64,000 nt of DNA from contig CAWDRU010000002.1 in assembly GCA_963804815.1 (NCBI GenBank), forward strand, positions 4,934,780-4,998,779. Direction: 5' to 3'. Source of the stretch: Blastocatellia bacterium. GTDB taxonomy: Bacteria; Acidobacteriota; Blastocatellia; UBA7656. Made by a program: the position numbers and the translations under genes. The stretch's first letter is position 1, and every line of letters starts with the position of its first letter. Below are positions 1-10,014 of this stretch, piece after piece. The notes under the pieces are model-generated. The model was not told the DNA's origin and made no database searches. It saw only the letters and a list, made by a program, of their open reading frames with translations.

Positions 1-415
1 TGACTTTTTGAACAAGGCTGTAGAGATTCCCCGGCGCGTTCACCGATTTCAAATCGATGTTGGAATCGAAAAGCGCCTGCACGTTGTAATCGCCCGCAGG
101 CAGATGCGCGAGGTCCTCTATCGGAAAAGCGATGGCTTTATCGTCAAGTGTGGCCGCAACGCCGGGCGCAAAATCTCGCACGTCGCGCGCAAACATCGGC
201 GGCGCGTCAAGCCCCGTCTCGCCCACCATCAGCCTCGGCTCGCCCGCAGTTGCCCGGTTCATCACGACAAACAATCGCCCGCTTTGCGAGCCCTGCATCA
301 ACCCTTGCGCGACAGTGATCTCGAATTTAAGAGAAGTTGCAGCAGTGCTTCGCGCAGGAGATTGAATCACGGCAAGCGCCATCACCAGAGCAACGAGCAG
401 CCATCTTTTTTTCAT
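1..415 (-). CDS. hypothetical secreted protein, N-terminal portion (gene runs off window start)
   Basis: Not in ORF track. Reverse complement of 1-415 is open from an ATG at about 413-415 and translates as MKKRWLLVALVMALAVIQSPA..., a classic Sec signal peptide. The listed + ORF 8..472 is its Arg-rich antisense shadow. Confidence 0.45.
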   Translation of the reverse strand, partial: MKKRWLLVALVMALAVIQSPARSTAATSLKFEITVAQGLMQGSQSGRLFVVMNRATAGEPRLMVGETGLDAPPMFARDVRDFAPGVAATLDDKAIAFPIEDLAHLPAGDYNVQALFDSNIDLKSVNAPGNLYSLVQKV

Positions 416-436
416 ATATCTTTTCAATCGATTGAA

Positions 437-1168
437 TCATTCAATTCGGGCGATTTGATTGGGGTCGAGTAGTTCCAGCAGCGCCTTGTGCGCTCGCTCG
501 ACTGCCGTCGCTTCTTTCGATTCGATTGTGATCTTCACTCGATAATCTTCGCGCGTGAAAACCGGGTAAGAGCCTATCTCCACATCCGTGTTTTCTGCCG
601 CTATCTTGTTCAGATGTTGAGCGATGTCGAATTCGTCTTCGCGGGTGTAGATTTCAGATTTGTGAAACGGCGCGGCGCGGAACCGCTCGCGAATAGCTTC
701 AAATTTGCTGCGAAAAAGTTCCGGCACGCCCGGCAGCACGTAGACGTTTTTCATCACAAGCGCGGGCCAACGCAACTGTTTTTCCCGGATCAGTTCTGCG
801 CCTTCGGGCACATCTGCCATTCGCATTCGGACATCATCGGCCTCCGTTCCGAAATAGCCGCGCAGCATGGCTTCAAGCTCCGGGTGGCGAACAACCGGGC
901 AATCAAACGCGCGGGCAATGGCTTCTATCGTCACGTCGTCGTGCGTAGGCCCGACGCCGCCCGAAGTGAAAACGTAATCTACTGCCGAGGAGCATTCGCG
1001 CACGACCCCGGCTATTGTATCGACCTCGTCGGGAATGATTACTATGCGGCGCAGCGAGACTCCCAGCTCGTACAATTCGGCGATTAGAAAACTGGCATTC
1101 TTGTCCTGAGATTTGCCCGTGAGAATCTCGTTGCCGATGACAACAATGGCGGCGGTCTTCTGTCGCAT
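437..1168 (-). CDS. CinA-like / molybdopterin-binding (MoCF biosynthesis) domain protein
   Basis: ORF 437..1450 trimmed to the internal Met MRQKTAAIVVIGNEILTGK. GGVGPTHDD motif typical of the CinA N-terminal / MoaB-MogA fold. The upstream 94 codons overlap the divergent PQQ gene and look non-coding. Confidence 0.6.
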   Translation of the reverse strand: MRQKTAAIVVIGNEILTGKSQDKNASFLIAELYELGVSLRRIVIIPDEVDTIAGVVRECSSAVDYVFTSGGVGPTHDDVTIEAIARAFDCPVVRHPELEAMLRGYFGTEADDVRMRMADVPEGAELIREKQLRWPALVMKNVYVLPGVPELFRSKFEAIRERFRAAPFHKSEIYTREDEFDIAQHLNKIAAENTDVEIGSYPVFTREDYRVKITIESKEATAVERAHKALLELLDPNQIARIE

Positions 1169-1319
1169 GGCAAGAATATTAAATGATGAGATAGCGATTG
1201 AACAGCACGAGCGGCGCGGCGGGGCTGTTACTTTTCTTGAAAGAGATTCGTCAATCGAATAGAATCCATTCGGTCTTACCCCCTCTGCAATCAACATTGG
1301 AACTGGAAAGGAGCAATCA

Positions 1320-2807
1320 ATGCGCTTGAAGATTTGGCTGATAGTTTGCGCTATCTTACTCGAAGCCGGTCTGGTGGCCGGACAGACTGCCCGCCTGAAT
1401 ACGAAGAGTTCAAAGACAATCAACGGGCAGCAATCCTCCGACTGGCCCATGTATGGGCGCGACCTTGCAGGCTCGCACTACAATCCGACGGAAAAGATCA
1501 TAACGCCTGCGACGGCCTCTCGCCTCAAGGTCAAATGGATATTTGAAACAGGAGGCGACGTATCGAGCCAGCCGACGGTCGTAAACGGCGTCATCTATTT
1601 CGGCTCGTGGGACGGCAAACAATATGCGGTTGACGCAAAGACCGGCAAGAAGATATGGGAGTTTGAAGCGGGGCTTCCGTCGCGCAGCGGCACGGCTTAT
1701 GCCGACGGCGTCATCTATTTCGGCGACGTTGGCGGGCGACTCTTTGCGCTCGATGCAAAGACAGGCGCGCAGATATGGAAGACGAAGACCGACCCTCATC
1801 CGATGACCATCGCTACGAGCGCGCCGATCTATCACAACGGTCGCGTCTATATCGGCATCTCTTCGCGCGAAGAAGTGGTCATGATGGGGAATTCAAAATA
1901 CGAGTGCTGCACGTTTCGCGGAGGCGTGGCGGCTTTCGACGCAAAGACCGGCAAGCAGATCTGGCGATTCTACACCGTGACGGAAGAGCCTAAAGAACAG
2001 GGCGTAGACAAGATGGGTCGAAAAATATTCGGGCCATCCGGTGTTGGCGTCTGGTCAACAGTCTCTATTCACCCGGAAGAGAAACGAGTCTATGTCACGA
2101 CGGGCGATGATTACACGCGGCCTGAGTCCAAAATGAGCGATGCCATCATGGCTCTGGATATGGATACAGGGAAACTGGTCTGGTCATATCAGGCGACCGA
2201 AGGCGATGTATGGAACATGAACTGCGCTCAGATGCCGGGCGGGTGCGGGCCGGATCATGATTTTGGAACCATCGCGATCTCGTTCAAAGGGCCGGGCGGT
2301 AAAAAGCTGATCGGAGCGGGCCAGAAGAGCGGATGGTTTTACGCGATTGATCCGAAAGACGGCAAGCCTGTGTGGAAGACGGAAGTAGGGACGGGCGGAT
2401 TTCTGGGCGGCATCGAGTTCGGCGCGGCGACAGACGGCGAGCGCGTCTATGCAGCGATATCGAATGCGGCAAATAAAGACAGGCAAGGGTGGGTTTCTGC
2501 GCTCGATGGCGCTACGGGCAAAGTTTTATGGAAAACTCTGGCACCGGATGGCGGCTCCAATTTCGGCCCCATCACCGTAACAGGCACAGGCAATAACCGA
2601 CTGGTATTCGCTGGCTCATCGAAAAACGCTATCTGCGTATACGACGCGAAGGATGGCAAAATTCTCTGGCAATTCGACACGGGCGGAGGAGTCGGTGGCG
2701 GCCCGACCGTAGTTGACGGCGTGCTTTATGTCGGGTCAGGCTATCAATCGCTTCGCGTGGGCAAGCCGAACAACAAGCTCTATGCCTTCTCGATAGACGG
2801 AAAGTAA
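1320..2807 (+). CDS. secreted PQQ-like beta-propeller repeat protein
   Basis: Signal peptide MRLKIWLIVCAILLEAGLVAG. Repeated units of the type GVIYFGSWDGKQYAVDAKTGKKIW (PQQ / BamB-like propeller blades). Confidence 0.6.
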   Translation: MRLKIWLIVCAILLEAGLVAGQTARLNTKSSKTINGQQSSDWPMYGRDLAGSHYNPTEKIITPATASRLKVKWIFETGGDVSSQPTVVNGVIYFGSWDGKQYAVDAKTGKKIWEFEAGLPSRSGTAYADGVIYFGDVGGRLFALDAKTGAQIWKTKTDPHPMTIATSAPIYHNGRVYIGISSREEVVMMGNSKYECCTFRGGVAAFDAKTGKQIWRFYTVTEEPKEQGVDKMGRKIFGPSGVGVWSTVSIHPEEKRVYVTTGDDYTRPESKMSDAIMALDMDTGKLVWSYQATEGDVWNMNCAQMPGGCGPDHDFGTIAISFKGPGGKKLIGAGQKSGWFYAIDPKDGKPVWKTEVGTGGFLGGIEFGAATDGERVYAAISNAANKDRQGWVSALDGATGKVLWKTLAPDGGSNFGPITVTGTGNNRLVFAGSSKNAICVYDAKDGKILWQFDTGGGVGGGPTVVDGVLYVGSGYQSLRVGKPNNKLYAFSIDGK

Positions 2808-2822
2808 GAGAAAGCCTACAGC

Positions 2823-2865
2823 GCAACAGCCGCCGCACACAGTATCCCCTCGCGGCGGCTGTTGC
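2823..2865. terminator. bidirectional terminator-like hairpin between convergent genes
   Basis: Perfect inverted repeat gcaacagccgccgc ...15 nt... gcggcggctgttgc just after the stop of the PQQ gene and before the convergent EF-hand gene. Confidence 0.5.
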
Positions 2866-3108
2866 ACATCAACCGCATTGCGCCGGGCACAGGCGCTGCG
2901 GTAATCGGATGATCGAGAATATTTAACTTTGAACGATAGCTGGCCAGTGGCCGAGGCGACAGCGGTTCACCATCCCCAGTACAACTCACTTGCAGCCTCG
3001 GCCACGAAAGCCATTCTTTCACTAACGCTGCACGAACTGTCATCACACTTCAGATAGTCTGCCTCACCTCCTTTCTCAAGGAATAAGAGGACGCAAGCAC
3101 GGGCTTTG

Positions 3109-3936
3109 TTACTTGCTCGTCTCGTTGACTACCCTGAAGAGTTGCCCAAGCTCCGCCCTGTTGAGCAGGCTGTTATGATCGGCGTCGAGTGCGCTGAACA
3201 AGCCGGTCAGTTTGGAAAACTCTTCACGCGAAACTTTCCCATCTGCATTGCTATCGAAAAATGAAAGGGATCTCTCGCCAAAAGCCGGAGGGCCGCCACG
3301 CGGCAATCGTTGACGGGCGCTGCTCCATTCTGTCTCGTCTATACTGCCGTCGCGGTTTGCGTCTATGCGGTCAAACATCGGCGGCGGCCCCTGCCACTCA
3401 TCACGGCTCACTTTCTTATCCGAATTGGCGTCCAGATTTGCAAAGTTCGGCAAAAAACCGGGGCCGTTTCTTGGGCCGTCGTTTCTCGGCGGTCTGACTT
3501 CATCGTTTCCTATCGCGCGCGGCAGTCGGTCCAGTTCTTCGGCAGTAAGCGAGCCGTCTTTGTCCTGATCCAGCTTATCAAAAAAACCGGCGGCCTGATT
3601 GAACTCCGATTGCGATACGTTGCCGTCGGCGTCGGCGTCTAAAGCCTTCACCAACTGCGCTCCCCCGTCACCGTGAAACCCTAAGGGAGGCGGCGCGGCG
3701 TTCCATTCGCTTTCCTCGACGCTGCCATCGTGATTCGCGTCTATGTGATCGAAAGCTTCGGGAGGGCCTTGCCATTCTTCGCGGCTGATCTTTTTGTCGC
3801 TATTTTTATCGAGATTGGAAAAGGCCGGACGCCGTGGGCCGGGGCGCGGCCCTTGAAGAAAATTTTCGCCTAAGGTAACGAGCGCAAGGCTCAACATCAT
3901 AGTCAAAACTGTCACTGTCATTAATTGCTTATTCAT
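3109..3936 (-). CDS. secreted multi-EF-hand calcium-binding protein
   Basis: Start trimmed to MNKQLMTVTVLTMMLSLALV (signal peptide). At least six DxDxDG-type loops (DKNSDKKISREE, DANHDGSVEESE, DADADGNVSQSE, DQDKDGSLTAEE, DANSDKKVSRDE, DANRDGSIDETE). Confidence 0.6.
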   Translation of the reverse strand: MNKQLMTVTVLTMMLSLALVTLGENFLQGPRPGPRRPAFSNLDKNSDKKISREEWQGPPEAFDHIDANHDGSVEESEWNAAPPPLGFHGDGGAQLVKALDADADGNVSQSEFNQAAGFFDKLDQDKDGSLTAEELDRLPRAIGNDEVRPPRNDGPRNGPGFLPNFANLDANSDKKVSRDEWQGPPPMFDRIDANRDGSIDETEWSSARQRLPRGGPPAFGERSLSFFDSNADGKVSREEFSKLTGLFSALDADHNSLLNRAELGQLFRVVNETSK

Positions 3937-3982
3937 ACGATTGATCTCCTTACCATTTCTGTCCATATAAAAATCGAACGTG

Positions 3983-5017
3983 TCATTCAACAGGCCGCGT
4001 GAATGCGTATTCGCTTGAGAGCGTGTTGTCAGAGTTTCTGACCTGAAGCGTTACGGTCTCTCCGACATCGATCTTCTTGCCGGTCTTTTTGGCTATCAGG
4101 ACGGTTGTCGGGTTGGTGTCGTCGTTGCTGGTCTTCTGTTTGTCGCCGTTTAAAAACACCTTCGCGCCCGAACTGAAGTTAAGACCCGACACGATCAGCT
4201 TCTTGCCCGACACAACAGCGCCGGAAATCGCGGGCGGGTCGGTCGGCTCAACCGGATCGGCCTGCGTGATTCCTTCCAGCGCGATATTGAATACTCCCGT
4301 GTAAACCTGCCCTTCCCGCGTCAGGTCAAGTATCAGTTGAGAGCCGCCGCCGTTATAGATGCCGTCCTGATTGTTGCGCGTGTTGCGCACCCCCTTCGCG
4401 TTGTACGGAGATTGCGTGTAAACCTGATCGGTCAGCGAATCGTTGAAGAAGAGTTGCGATGTGAATTCGTAAGTCTTCTCGGAACCGGCGAAGAGGCGAA
4501 TCTTGAAATGGATATGAACGGCGCGGCCTGAATACCAGCCCGGATAGATCGTCACGAACTCAGCCGCTCCGTTGCTGTCCGTCACCTGATAGCCGCGCAG
4601 GTATCGCTGGCCTCGCGTATCAAATCCCCCGTCCCTGACATCGGAATAACTGCCTATCGCATCGCAGTGCCAGATGTCCACGTAAGCGCCGGTCAAAGGC
4701 ACGCAGGCGCTGTCGCTGACCCGGCTGACGTTGATCTTCAGGCGCAGTTCAGTTCCCGCCTTCACCACATTGGTCGTGGGGTCTGTTCTGATGTCTGAGC
4801 GATTTAATTTCTCGTCCACAAAGTACGGGCCTTCGGTCAACTGGGGTCTCACGACGCAGCTCTGTTGAGGGGGTGCGGCCTCTACCTTCCCTCCCGGCCA
4901 AAGCCTCGTGGCGGGCGCGCTCGCCCATCCGACAAGCGCCGTTGCGCCCGCCGCTCCCATGAGGCGAAGCGTCTCTCGACGGCTGATTGAATGCTTCGAT
5001 TTTCTGTTCGTCATCAC
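3983..5017 (-). CDS. Tat-exported intradiol ring-cleavage dioxygenase-like protein with C-terminal IPT/TIG-like beta domain
   Basis: Twin-arginine leader SRRETLRLMGAAGATAL. DIWHCDAIGSYS and GRAVHIHFKI resemble the intradiol dioxygenase core (RPAHIHF-type motif). C-terminal about 90 aa (AISGAVVSGKKLIVSGLNFSSGAKVFLNG) is Ig/TIG-like. Confidence 0.6.
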   Translation of the reverse strand: MMTNRKSKHSISRRETLRLMGAAGATALVGWASAPATRLWPGGKVEAAPPQQSCVVRPQLTEGPYFVDEKLNRSDIRTDPTTNVVKAGTELRLKINVSRVSDSACVPLTGAYVDIWHCDAIGSYSDVRDGGFDTRGQRYLRGYQVTDSNGAAEFVTIYPGWYSGRAVHIHFKIRLFAGSEKTYEFTSQLFFNDSLTDQVYTQSPYNAKGVRNTRNNQDGIYNGGGSQLILDLTREGQVYTGVFNIALEGITQADPVEPTDPPAISGAVVSGKKLIVSGLNFSSGAKVFLNGDKQKTSNDDTNPTTVLIAKKTGKKIDVGETVTLQVRNSDNTLSSEYAFTRPVE

Positions 5018-5138
5018 TCTCTACCCTCTGTTCAATTATAGTTTGTCGAACGTGCATGCACGCTCTCGGCTTCACTAATTAATACGCTCGATTCGAGGAT
5101 TGGGACGTTAAGTGTTTGCAGGCCAGTGTGAAGATTTG

Positions 5139-5534
5139 TCAGGATTTTGCTAAAGCCGCGCGCTGATCTGCCGTCAATTTATCCAGTATCCGACTCTTTA
5201 ATTGCTGCCTTGCGACGATCATCTCTTTTTGGATTCGCGCGCGCTGTATCAAGAGAAGCTCGATCTGCCCTTTGCTGAACAACAGAGTTTTAGCGGCGAG
5301 TTGCAGTTGCCGACAGTTTTTGATCAACTGGCTTTCAAGCAACTCTAGGTATAGCGTTTCGTCTTCGACAATGTGATAAATCTCTCTTTTCTGATTATCC
5401 GTCAGCTCCAACCCTGCGAGCAGGGTGGCTACGTTGATTTCCGGTTTCGATTCACTGTAAGGCATGCCGGATTGCTGCAATGGGTCAAGTATCTCTTTCA
5501 GGCTTTTGAAATCAGTAATTGCCATCATCTTCAT
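5139..5534 (-). CDS. LTXXQ-motif protein (CpxP/Spy-like periplasmic stress protein family?)
   Basis: Two LTxxQ motifs (LELTDNQKREI, DKLTADQRAAL). Start moved to MKMMAIT, which is preceded by GGAGAG at 7 nt spacing. No obvious signal peptide, so the assignment is weak. Confidence 0.4.
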   Translation of the reverse strand: MKMMAITDFKSLKEILDPLQQSGMPYSESKPEINVATLLAGLELTDNQKREIYHIVEDETLYLELLESQLIKNCRQLQLAAKTLLFSKGQIELLLIQRARIQKEMIVARQQLKSRILDKLTADQRAALAKS

Positions 5535-5738
5535 AATTATCTCTCCGTTCTGTCTGGCCAATCTCTAATCCGGGAAGGCTCGCTCAACAACCTTCCCGGA
5601 TTGTTCAAAGCGGATATGCGTCTTTACCCGCTTCTATTTAATCAACGCGCGGGGTTGGAAACAGATGTCCAGAGATTGTCAAGAATCAGCAGAGTTTTGC
5701 GAATGGATGCAACGCCACACCAATTCGCAAAGGCTGAA

Positions 5739-7199
5739 TTACAAGGTGAAGGCAAATGTGTTTGAAGCGACGCCGTTGCTGATTACTCGCACCTGATTTG
5801 TGCCGCCGAGCAGGTTGAGCACGCTTTGACTTGCTCTGATTTCCAGCTTCCTGGCGGCGTTGTTGACATCCAGCTCAAGGGTAGAAGCCAGAACAAGACC
5901 GTTGATTTCGACTTGAAGCACTCCGTTAAATTTCTTCCCTTTGATTTTCAGCTTCCTTCCATTGAAGGAGACGTTCTTTATCGTCGGCGCGTCGGAACTG
6001 CTCACATCTCCGACGACCGTGTAGCCAAAGCTTCTCAGCGCGGCCAGATCATTATCGGTGATCGTGTCTCGCTGCCCGTCGGCCAGAGTCGGGTCCATAA
6101 TGCCAACATAAGTTCCCGTCAGCCGATCATCTTTCCAGTGAGACGATTGTTCCCTGTCTCCGCCTGTGCCGTCGGGTCGTCCAGTAGAGAGCGCGGCCTC
6201 TGTGCTGCCATCAAAAAATTCCTGACTGCCGCCCGAAGACAGTATCCTTTGCGCCGTCTGAAAGCTGGCCGAGGTGACGCCGGGCCGGAAGCGAAACATA
6301 TCCCAGATCGTGACGGCCACGGGTGAAGAGCGAACCAGTTCTCTGTAACCCGTGTTCGACATAAATCCCAAAACGTGCCCGATTTCGTGCGCGGCTACGG
6401 AATCGAAATCAATGCGGTTCGAGTCAACGCCATCCGACGGGTCGAAATCGTAATCGAAATCCGAGTTGAACCCGACGGCGGGCGGGTCGCCCAGATCGCT
6501 CTGCTCGGAATCAGGGTCGGCCACGGGGTTGATGAATCCAAGCGCGCGCCACTGCGCGCTCGGAGCCAGCACGTAGCTGGTCGTTCCTATGTCTGTCGGG
6601 ACGGCGGACTGAGGCAACTGGTTAAAGAGACCGGCCTGTTCGTCGCTCGCGGCAAGGCCGACAAGGCTGTCTCGCACATCGCTATATATCGAGCTGTCGC
6701 CGAGCGTCTGCGAATCGGTCTGGCCCAATACATCCTCATCATAACTCTCGCCGAACCACGTTGGCCCGAAATCAACGTCGATGATAACGGTTATAGGCGT
6801 GCTGATTAAAGACTGCCACGTGGCGGCGGCATTCAGGAAAGCCGCTTTGGCTGTGGGGAAATTTTCCAACTGGCCTGTCGCGCGCAGGACGATTTGCAGC
6901 CCCGCGCTTTCTGCCGAGAGGCTCTGCGTGCTGACCGAACGCGTCGGCGAAATCACATGCATAGACTGATTCGCGCGCCGCTTCAGGGCGCTGGCTTCTG
7001 CTTCGGTCGCCTCGCGACACCCGATCCTGCCATCAGTCCTGTAGTTGATGAATGCGTGCGACTCCGGCACAGGCAGGGGCCGGGTGCGGCTTTGTCTGAT
7101 CGAGGTCGAAGCCGCGCCAGCAGTTGGTAAAAGAGAGACAAGCGAAATCATTAATAAAGAAAGCGACGACTTTCTTACTGATCGAAAGGCACGTTGCAT
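5739..7199 (-). CDS. secreted zinc metalloprotease (HEIGHxxGF metzincin-like) with C-terminal beta domain
   Basis: AAHEIGHVLGFMSNTGY zinc-binding motif. Signal peptide after start MQRAFRSVRKSSLSLLMISLVSLLPTAGAAS. AGGAG 6 nt upstream of that ATG. Confidence 0.55.
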   Translation of the reverse strand: MQRAFRSVRKSSLSLLMISLVSLLPTAGAASTSIRQSRTRPLPVPESHAFINYRTDGRIGCREATEAEASALKRRANQSMHVISPTRSVSTQSLSAESAGLQIVLRATGQLENFPTAKAAFLNAAATWQSLISTPITVIIDVDFGPTWFGESYDEDVLGQTDSQTLGDSSIYSDVRDSLVGLAASDEQAGLFNQLPQSAVPTDIGTTSYVLAPSAQWRALGFINPVADPDSEQSDLGDPPAVGFNSDFDYDFDPSDGVDSNRIDFDSVAAHEIGHVLGFMSNTGYRELVRSSPVAVTIWDMFRFRPGVTSASFQTAQRILSSGGSQEFFDGSTEAALSTGRPDGTGGDREQSSHWKDDRLTGTYVGIMDPTLADGQRDTITDNDLAALRSFGYTVVGDVSSSDAPTIKNVSFNGRKLKIKGKKFNGVLQVEINGLVLASTLELDVNNAARKLEIRASQSVLNLLGGTNQVRVISNGVASNTFAFTL

Positions 7200-7268
7200 A
7201 ATTACTCCTATGATTTTCATCGTGTTGATTAAGACAACACGAACTCTCACTTTGTTTGATAAAAAGGG

Positions 7269-8330
7269 TTAGTCGTTATCCGGTTCGCTGCCGGGTTTGC
7301 GCTTCAATGTAGGCGGGGCTTTTTCCGACCCATCCTCATTACCATCGGAACCAGTGTTTGCAGGTTTTCTTTTAAGCGTCGGGGCGGCTTTGCCTGTGTT
7401 GACCGGCATGTCTTTATTGATTGCCGCAAGCAATCGCTGTTTGACGAGGTTGAATTCTGATGTCGAGATGGTGTACTCGTCTCTCTCAGGAAAGCGCACA
7501 AGCAGGTCGCGGGCCTTTTCGATGCGGTCGCCTGTCGCAGGGTGAGTGCTGAATATTTTTGCGAGCGCCCCCGGCTCTTTCTTCTCTTTCGATTTGAGCT
7601 TTTCAAAGAAACTGAGCATCGCGGTCGGGTCATAACCCGACGCCCACATATACTGAAGCCCAAGTCGGTCTGCTTCTTCTTCAGCGCCGCGACTGAATTT
7701 CAGAAACGTCAACGGCACAAGAATGTTCGCGGCATTCTGCGCGATGGTTCCAAGCGGGCCGCCGACAAAAATCAGAGGGATTGACAGATACTGAAAGAGC
7801 GCGCCTTTCGATGCCTGCTCGACTCCGTGTCGGGCGGCAACATGCGCGATCTCGTGCGCCATCACGCCTGCGATTTCCGCTTCGCTATCGGCTGCCAGAA
7901 TGGCTCCGGTGTTGATATAGAAAAAGCCTCCGGGCAGAGCGAATGCGTTCACATCAGCCGATTCTATTACCTTTATGGTGAACGGCACCTTCGCGTCCGA
8001 GTGCAGCACGATGTTCTGGCCGAGCCGGTTTATATATTCAGTGATTACGGGGTCGGTTATGAACTTGCCCTTCTGATCTATTTCGGCGGCCAGTTGGCGG
8101 CCAACCTTTGCCTCTTTTTCGAGCGAGTAAAAATCTATAGTTCTTTTGTTTATATCCCGGCTGCCGATCTTCAGCGGGTTTTCATTATCCTTGAGCGGCT
8201 CAGGAGCTTTGGGCGCGCTTTTAGCTTCCGTATCGTTGCTGTGCGGAAATGCGGCGACCGACACAGCCATCATTGTCAGAGCTATTATCGTTGAAATTAC
8301 TTTATTCAAACTTTTCACCTTGAACCTCAT
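7269..8330 (-). CDS. M48 family metallopeptidase (BepA/YcaL-like), secreted
   Basis: HEIAHVAARH plus downstream EEEADRLG. Signal peptide. AAGGAAG RBS before ATG. Confidence 0.7.
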   Translation of the reverse strand: MRFKVKSLNKVISTIIALTMMAVSVAAFPHSNDTEAKSAPKAPEPLKDNENPLKIGSRDINKRTIDFYSLEKEAKVGRQLAAEIDQKGKFITDPVITEYINRLGQNIVLHSDAKVPFTIKVIESADVNAFALPGGFFYINTGAILAADSEAEIAGVMAHEIAHVAARHGVEQASKGALFQYLSIPLIFVGGPLGTIAQNAANILVPLTFLKFSRGAEEEADRLGLQYMWASGYDPTAMLSFFEKLKSKEKKEPGALAKIFSTHPATGDRIEKARDLLVRFPERDEYTISTSEFNLVKQRLLAAINKDMPVNTGKAAPTLKRKPANTGSDGNEDGSEKAPPTLKRKPGSEPDND

Positions 8331-8661
8331 AATCCATTCTTCCTTGTTTATCAGTTTTGGGGTTTAAGGGTTGTTGCTTATCCGACTGAGATTCGCAGAG
8401 GCTATGTGCTTGATAACTGCCTGGAATCTGCGCAACAACCCTTCGATTTATGGAACGCGATTGCACTTGAAATCGGCGTTAAGGTTTGTGAAGTTTTGTC
8501 AATTTCAAGCCTCATATCTTGACAATTAAAGCGGGACAATTGAGCTTCCTGAAAAAGAAGGCGATTCACCACCGCAGACGCAGAGAGCGCAAAGGGTGAT
8601 AAATTCTCTGCGAAATCTCTGTGTTCTGCGGCGTCTCTGCGGCGGTGAACTCTCTTCGGCT

Positions 8662-10014
8662 TTAAAGCGAATCCAAAAACGCCATCAGCTGGTTTTTCTG
8701 CCTTGTAGAGAGCGCGTTGTATCTGCGCGTCACATTTGCGGCCTGCCCGGCGTGACGCAGGATGGCTTCCTGCTTTGTAAAGGTCAACCCGTCATGCATC
8801 AGGCGATTGCGAGTCCTGAGCGCCCATAGCGGCGCTGTGCGAATCTGATTTGCTGTTGATGCAAAGTCCGCTGTTGGCAAAAACGGTATGCCGTCGCCTG
8901 TGCCGATGTTGTGTAACAGGAAATCGCTATAAGGATGAACGATTTTGTTACCCAGAGCCACCGGAACGATGAATGTGCCACCGTTAATGCTCGTGCCCGC
9001 CGCTGCCGTCGTGATCGAAGAAACATGACAGACAGCGCACCCAATCTGATTGAACAGAGTTTCGCCAGCCCGAACATCAGAGGTTACTGGCCCGCGAGAA
9101 GGCGCTTTTGTAGATCGCATGAAGTTGGCAAACGCCACAATATCTTCTCCATCGTCTTCGGGGTCGGCAACCGCGTCGTACGGACCAACGTCGCGGCCAT
9201 TGGAGGTGTTCTCCTGCGGAAACAGAGGGCTGGTGATTCCCATTTCGTTAAGGTACGCATCGGCGGAAAATGATTCGAGGCTGGCGTGCTGGCTTTTCCA
9301 TCCAAAACGCCCGATACGCGGGCTGCTGTCGCCTTCAAGCACAGGGACGATGAGCGCGGTGCCGCGCATGCTTGCAGGTTGCTGATCGCGAATGGCAGTT
9401 ATGGTGCCATTCGCAATGCACTCGATATAGCCGTTGCCCAACGTGTTTGTCGAGATGCGGAAAGTTCTAACGCCGTCCTCAAAGGCTACTCGCTCCATAA
9501 TCTCAGGGTCAGTTGCGCGTGATTGAATCAGCGAGCCACCGAGGGATTCAAAGAACCGGTTATTTGCCAGTCGTCCGGTTCGGTGTTCGGCTATCTGGCT
9601 TGCGCCTCCTGTCGCAACGTTTTGATGGCACTCTCCACAACTTTGCGCGTTGTACGTAGGTCCAAGCCCATCCGCTGCGTGTTCAACCTCCTCGAATATA
9701 AATCGGTTATCGTTGAAGGAACGAAGCGCCACGACGTTGTCTTCGTTTATGGAATCGAAAGGCGGCCCCTGCTCATTGAAGCCGTTAGTCAGGTTGTCAA
9801 ATCCCGTCGGCGCTTCGGTCACGTTGGCATTAGTCCCAACGGCAGGGCTGTCTTCGTCATCAACCACATCGGTATGCTGGAATCTCTCCAGGCGGGACTG
9901 AAGGCTTTCCGGGCGTGTGTTCAGCGATTGTCTCTGTATGACACTGGTGAAAGCAGCAGGCATAACGAGCGCTGCCGCAAAAAAGATCAAAGCGGTTATC
10001 TTCAAAAGTCTCAT
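8662..10014 (-). CDS. di-heme c-type cytochrome oxidoreductase (DUF1111 / thiol oxidoreductase-like)
   Basis: Two CxxCH motifs (CGECHQ, CAVCHV), about 450 aa, signal peptide from MRLLKITALIFFAAALVMPAAF. Start trimmed from the ORF-track start. Confidence 0.6.
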   Translation of the reverse strand: MRLLKITALIFFAAALVMPAAFTSVIQRQSLNTRPESLQSRLERFQHTDVVDDEDSPAVGTNANVTEAPTGFDNLTNGFNEQGPPFDSINEDNVVALRSFNDNRFIFEEVEHAADGLGPTYNAQSCGECHQNVATGGASQIAEHRTGRLANNRFFESLGGSLIQSRATDPEIMERVAFEDGVRTFRISTNTLGNGYIECIANGTITAIRDQQPASMRGTALIVPVLEGDSSPRIGRFGWKSQHASLESFSADAYLNEMGITSPLFPQENTSNGRDVGPYDAVADPEDDGEDIVAFANFMRSTKAPSRGPVTSDVRAGETLFNQIGCAVCHVSSITTAAAGTSINGGTFIVPVALGNKIVHPYSDFLLHNIGTGDGIPFLPTADFASTANQIRTAPLWALRTRNRLMHDGLTFTKQEAILRHAGQAANVTRRYNALSTRQKNQLMAFLDSL

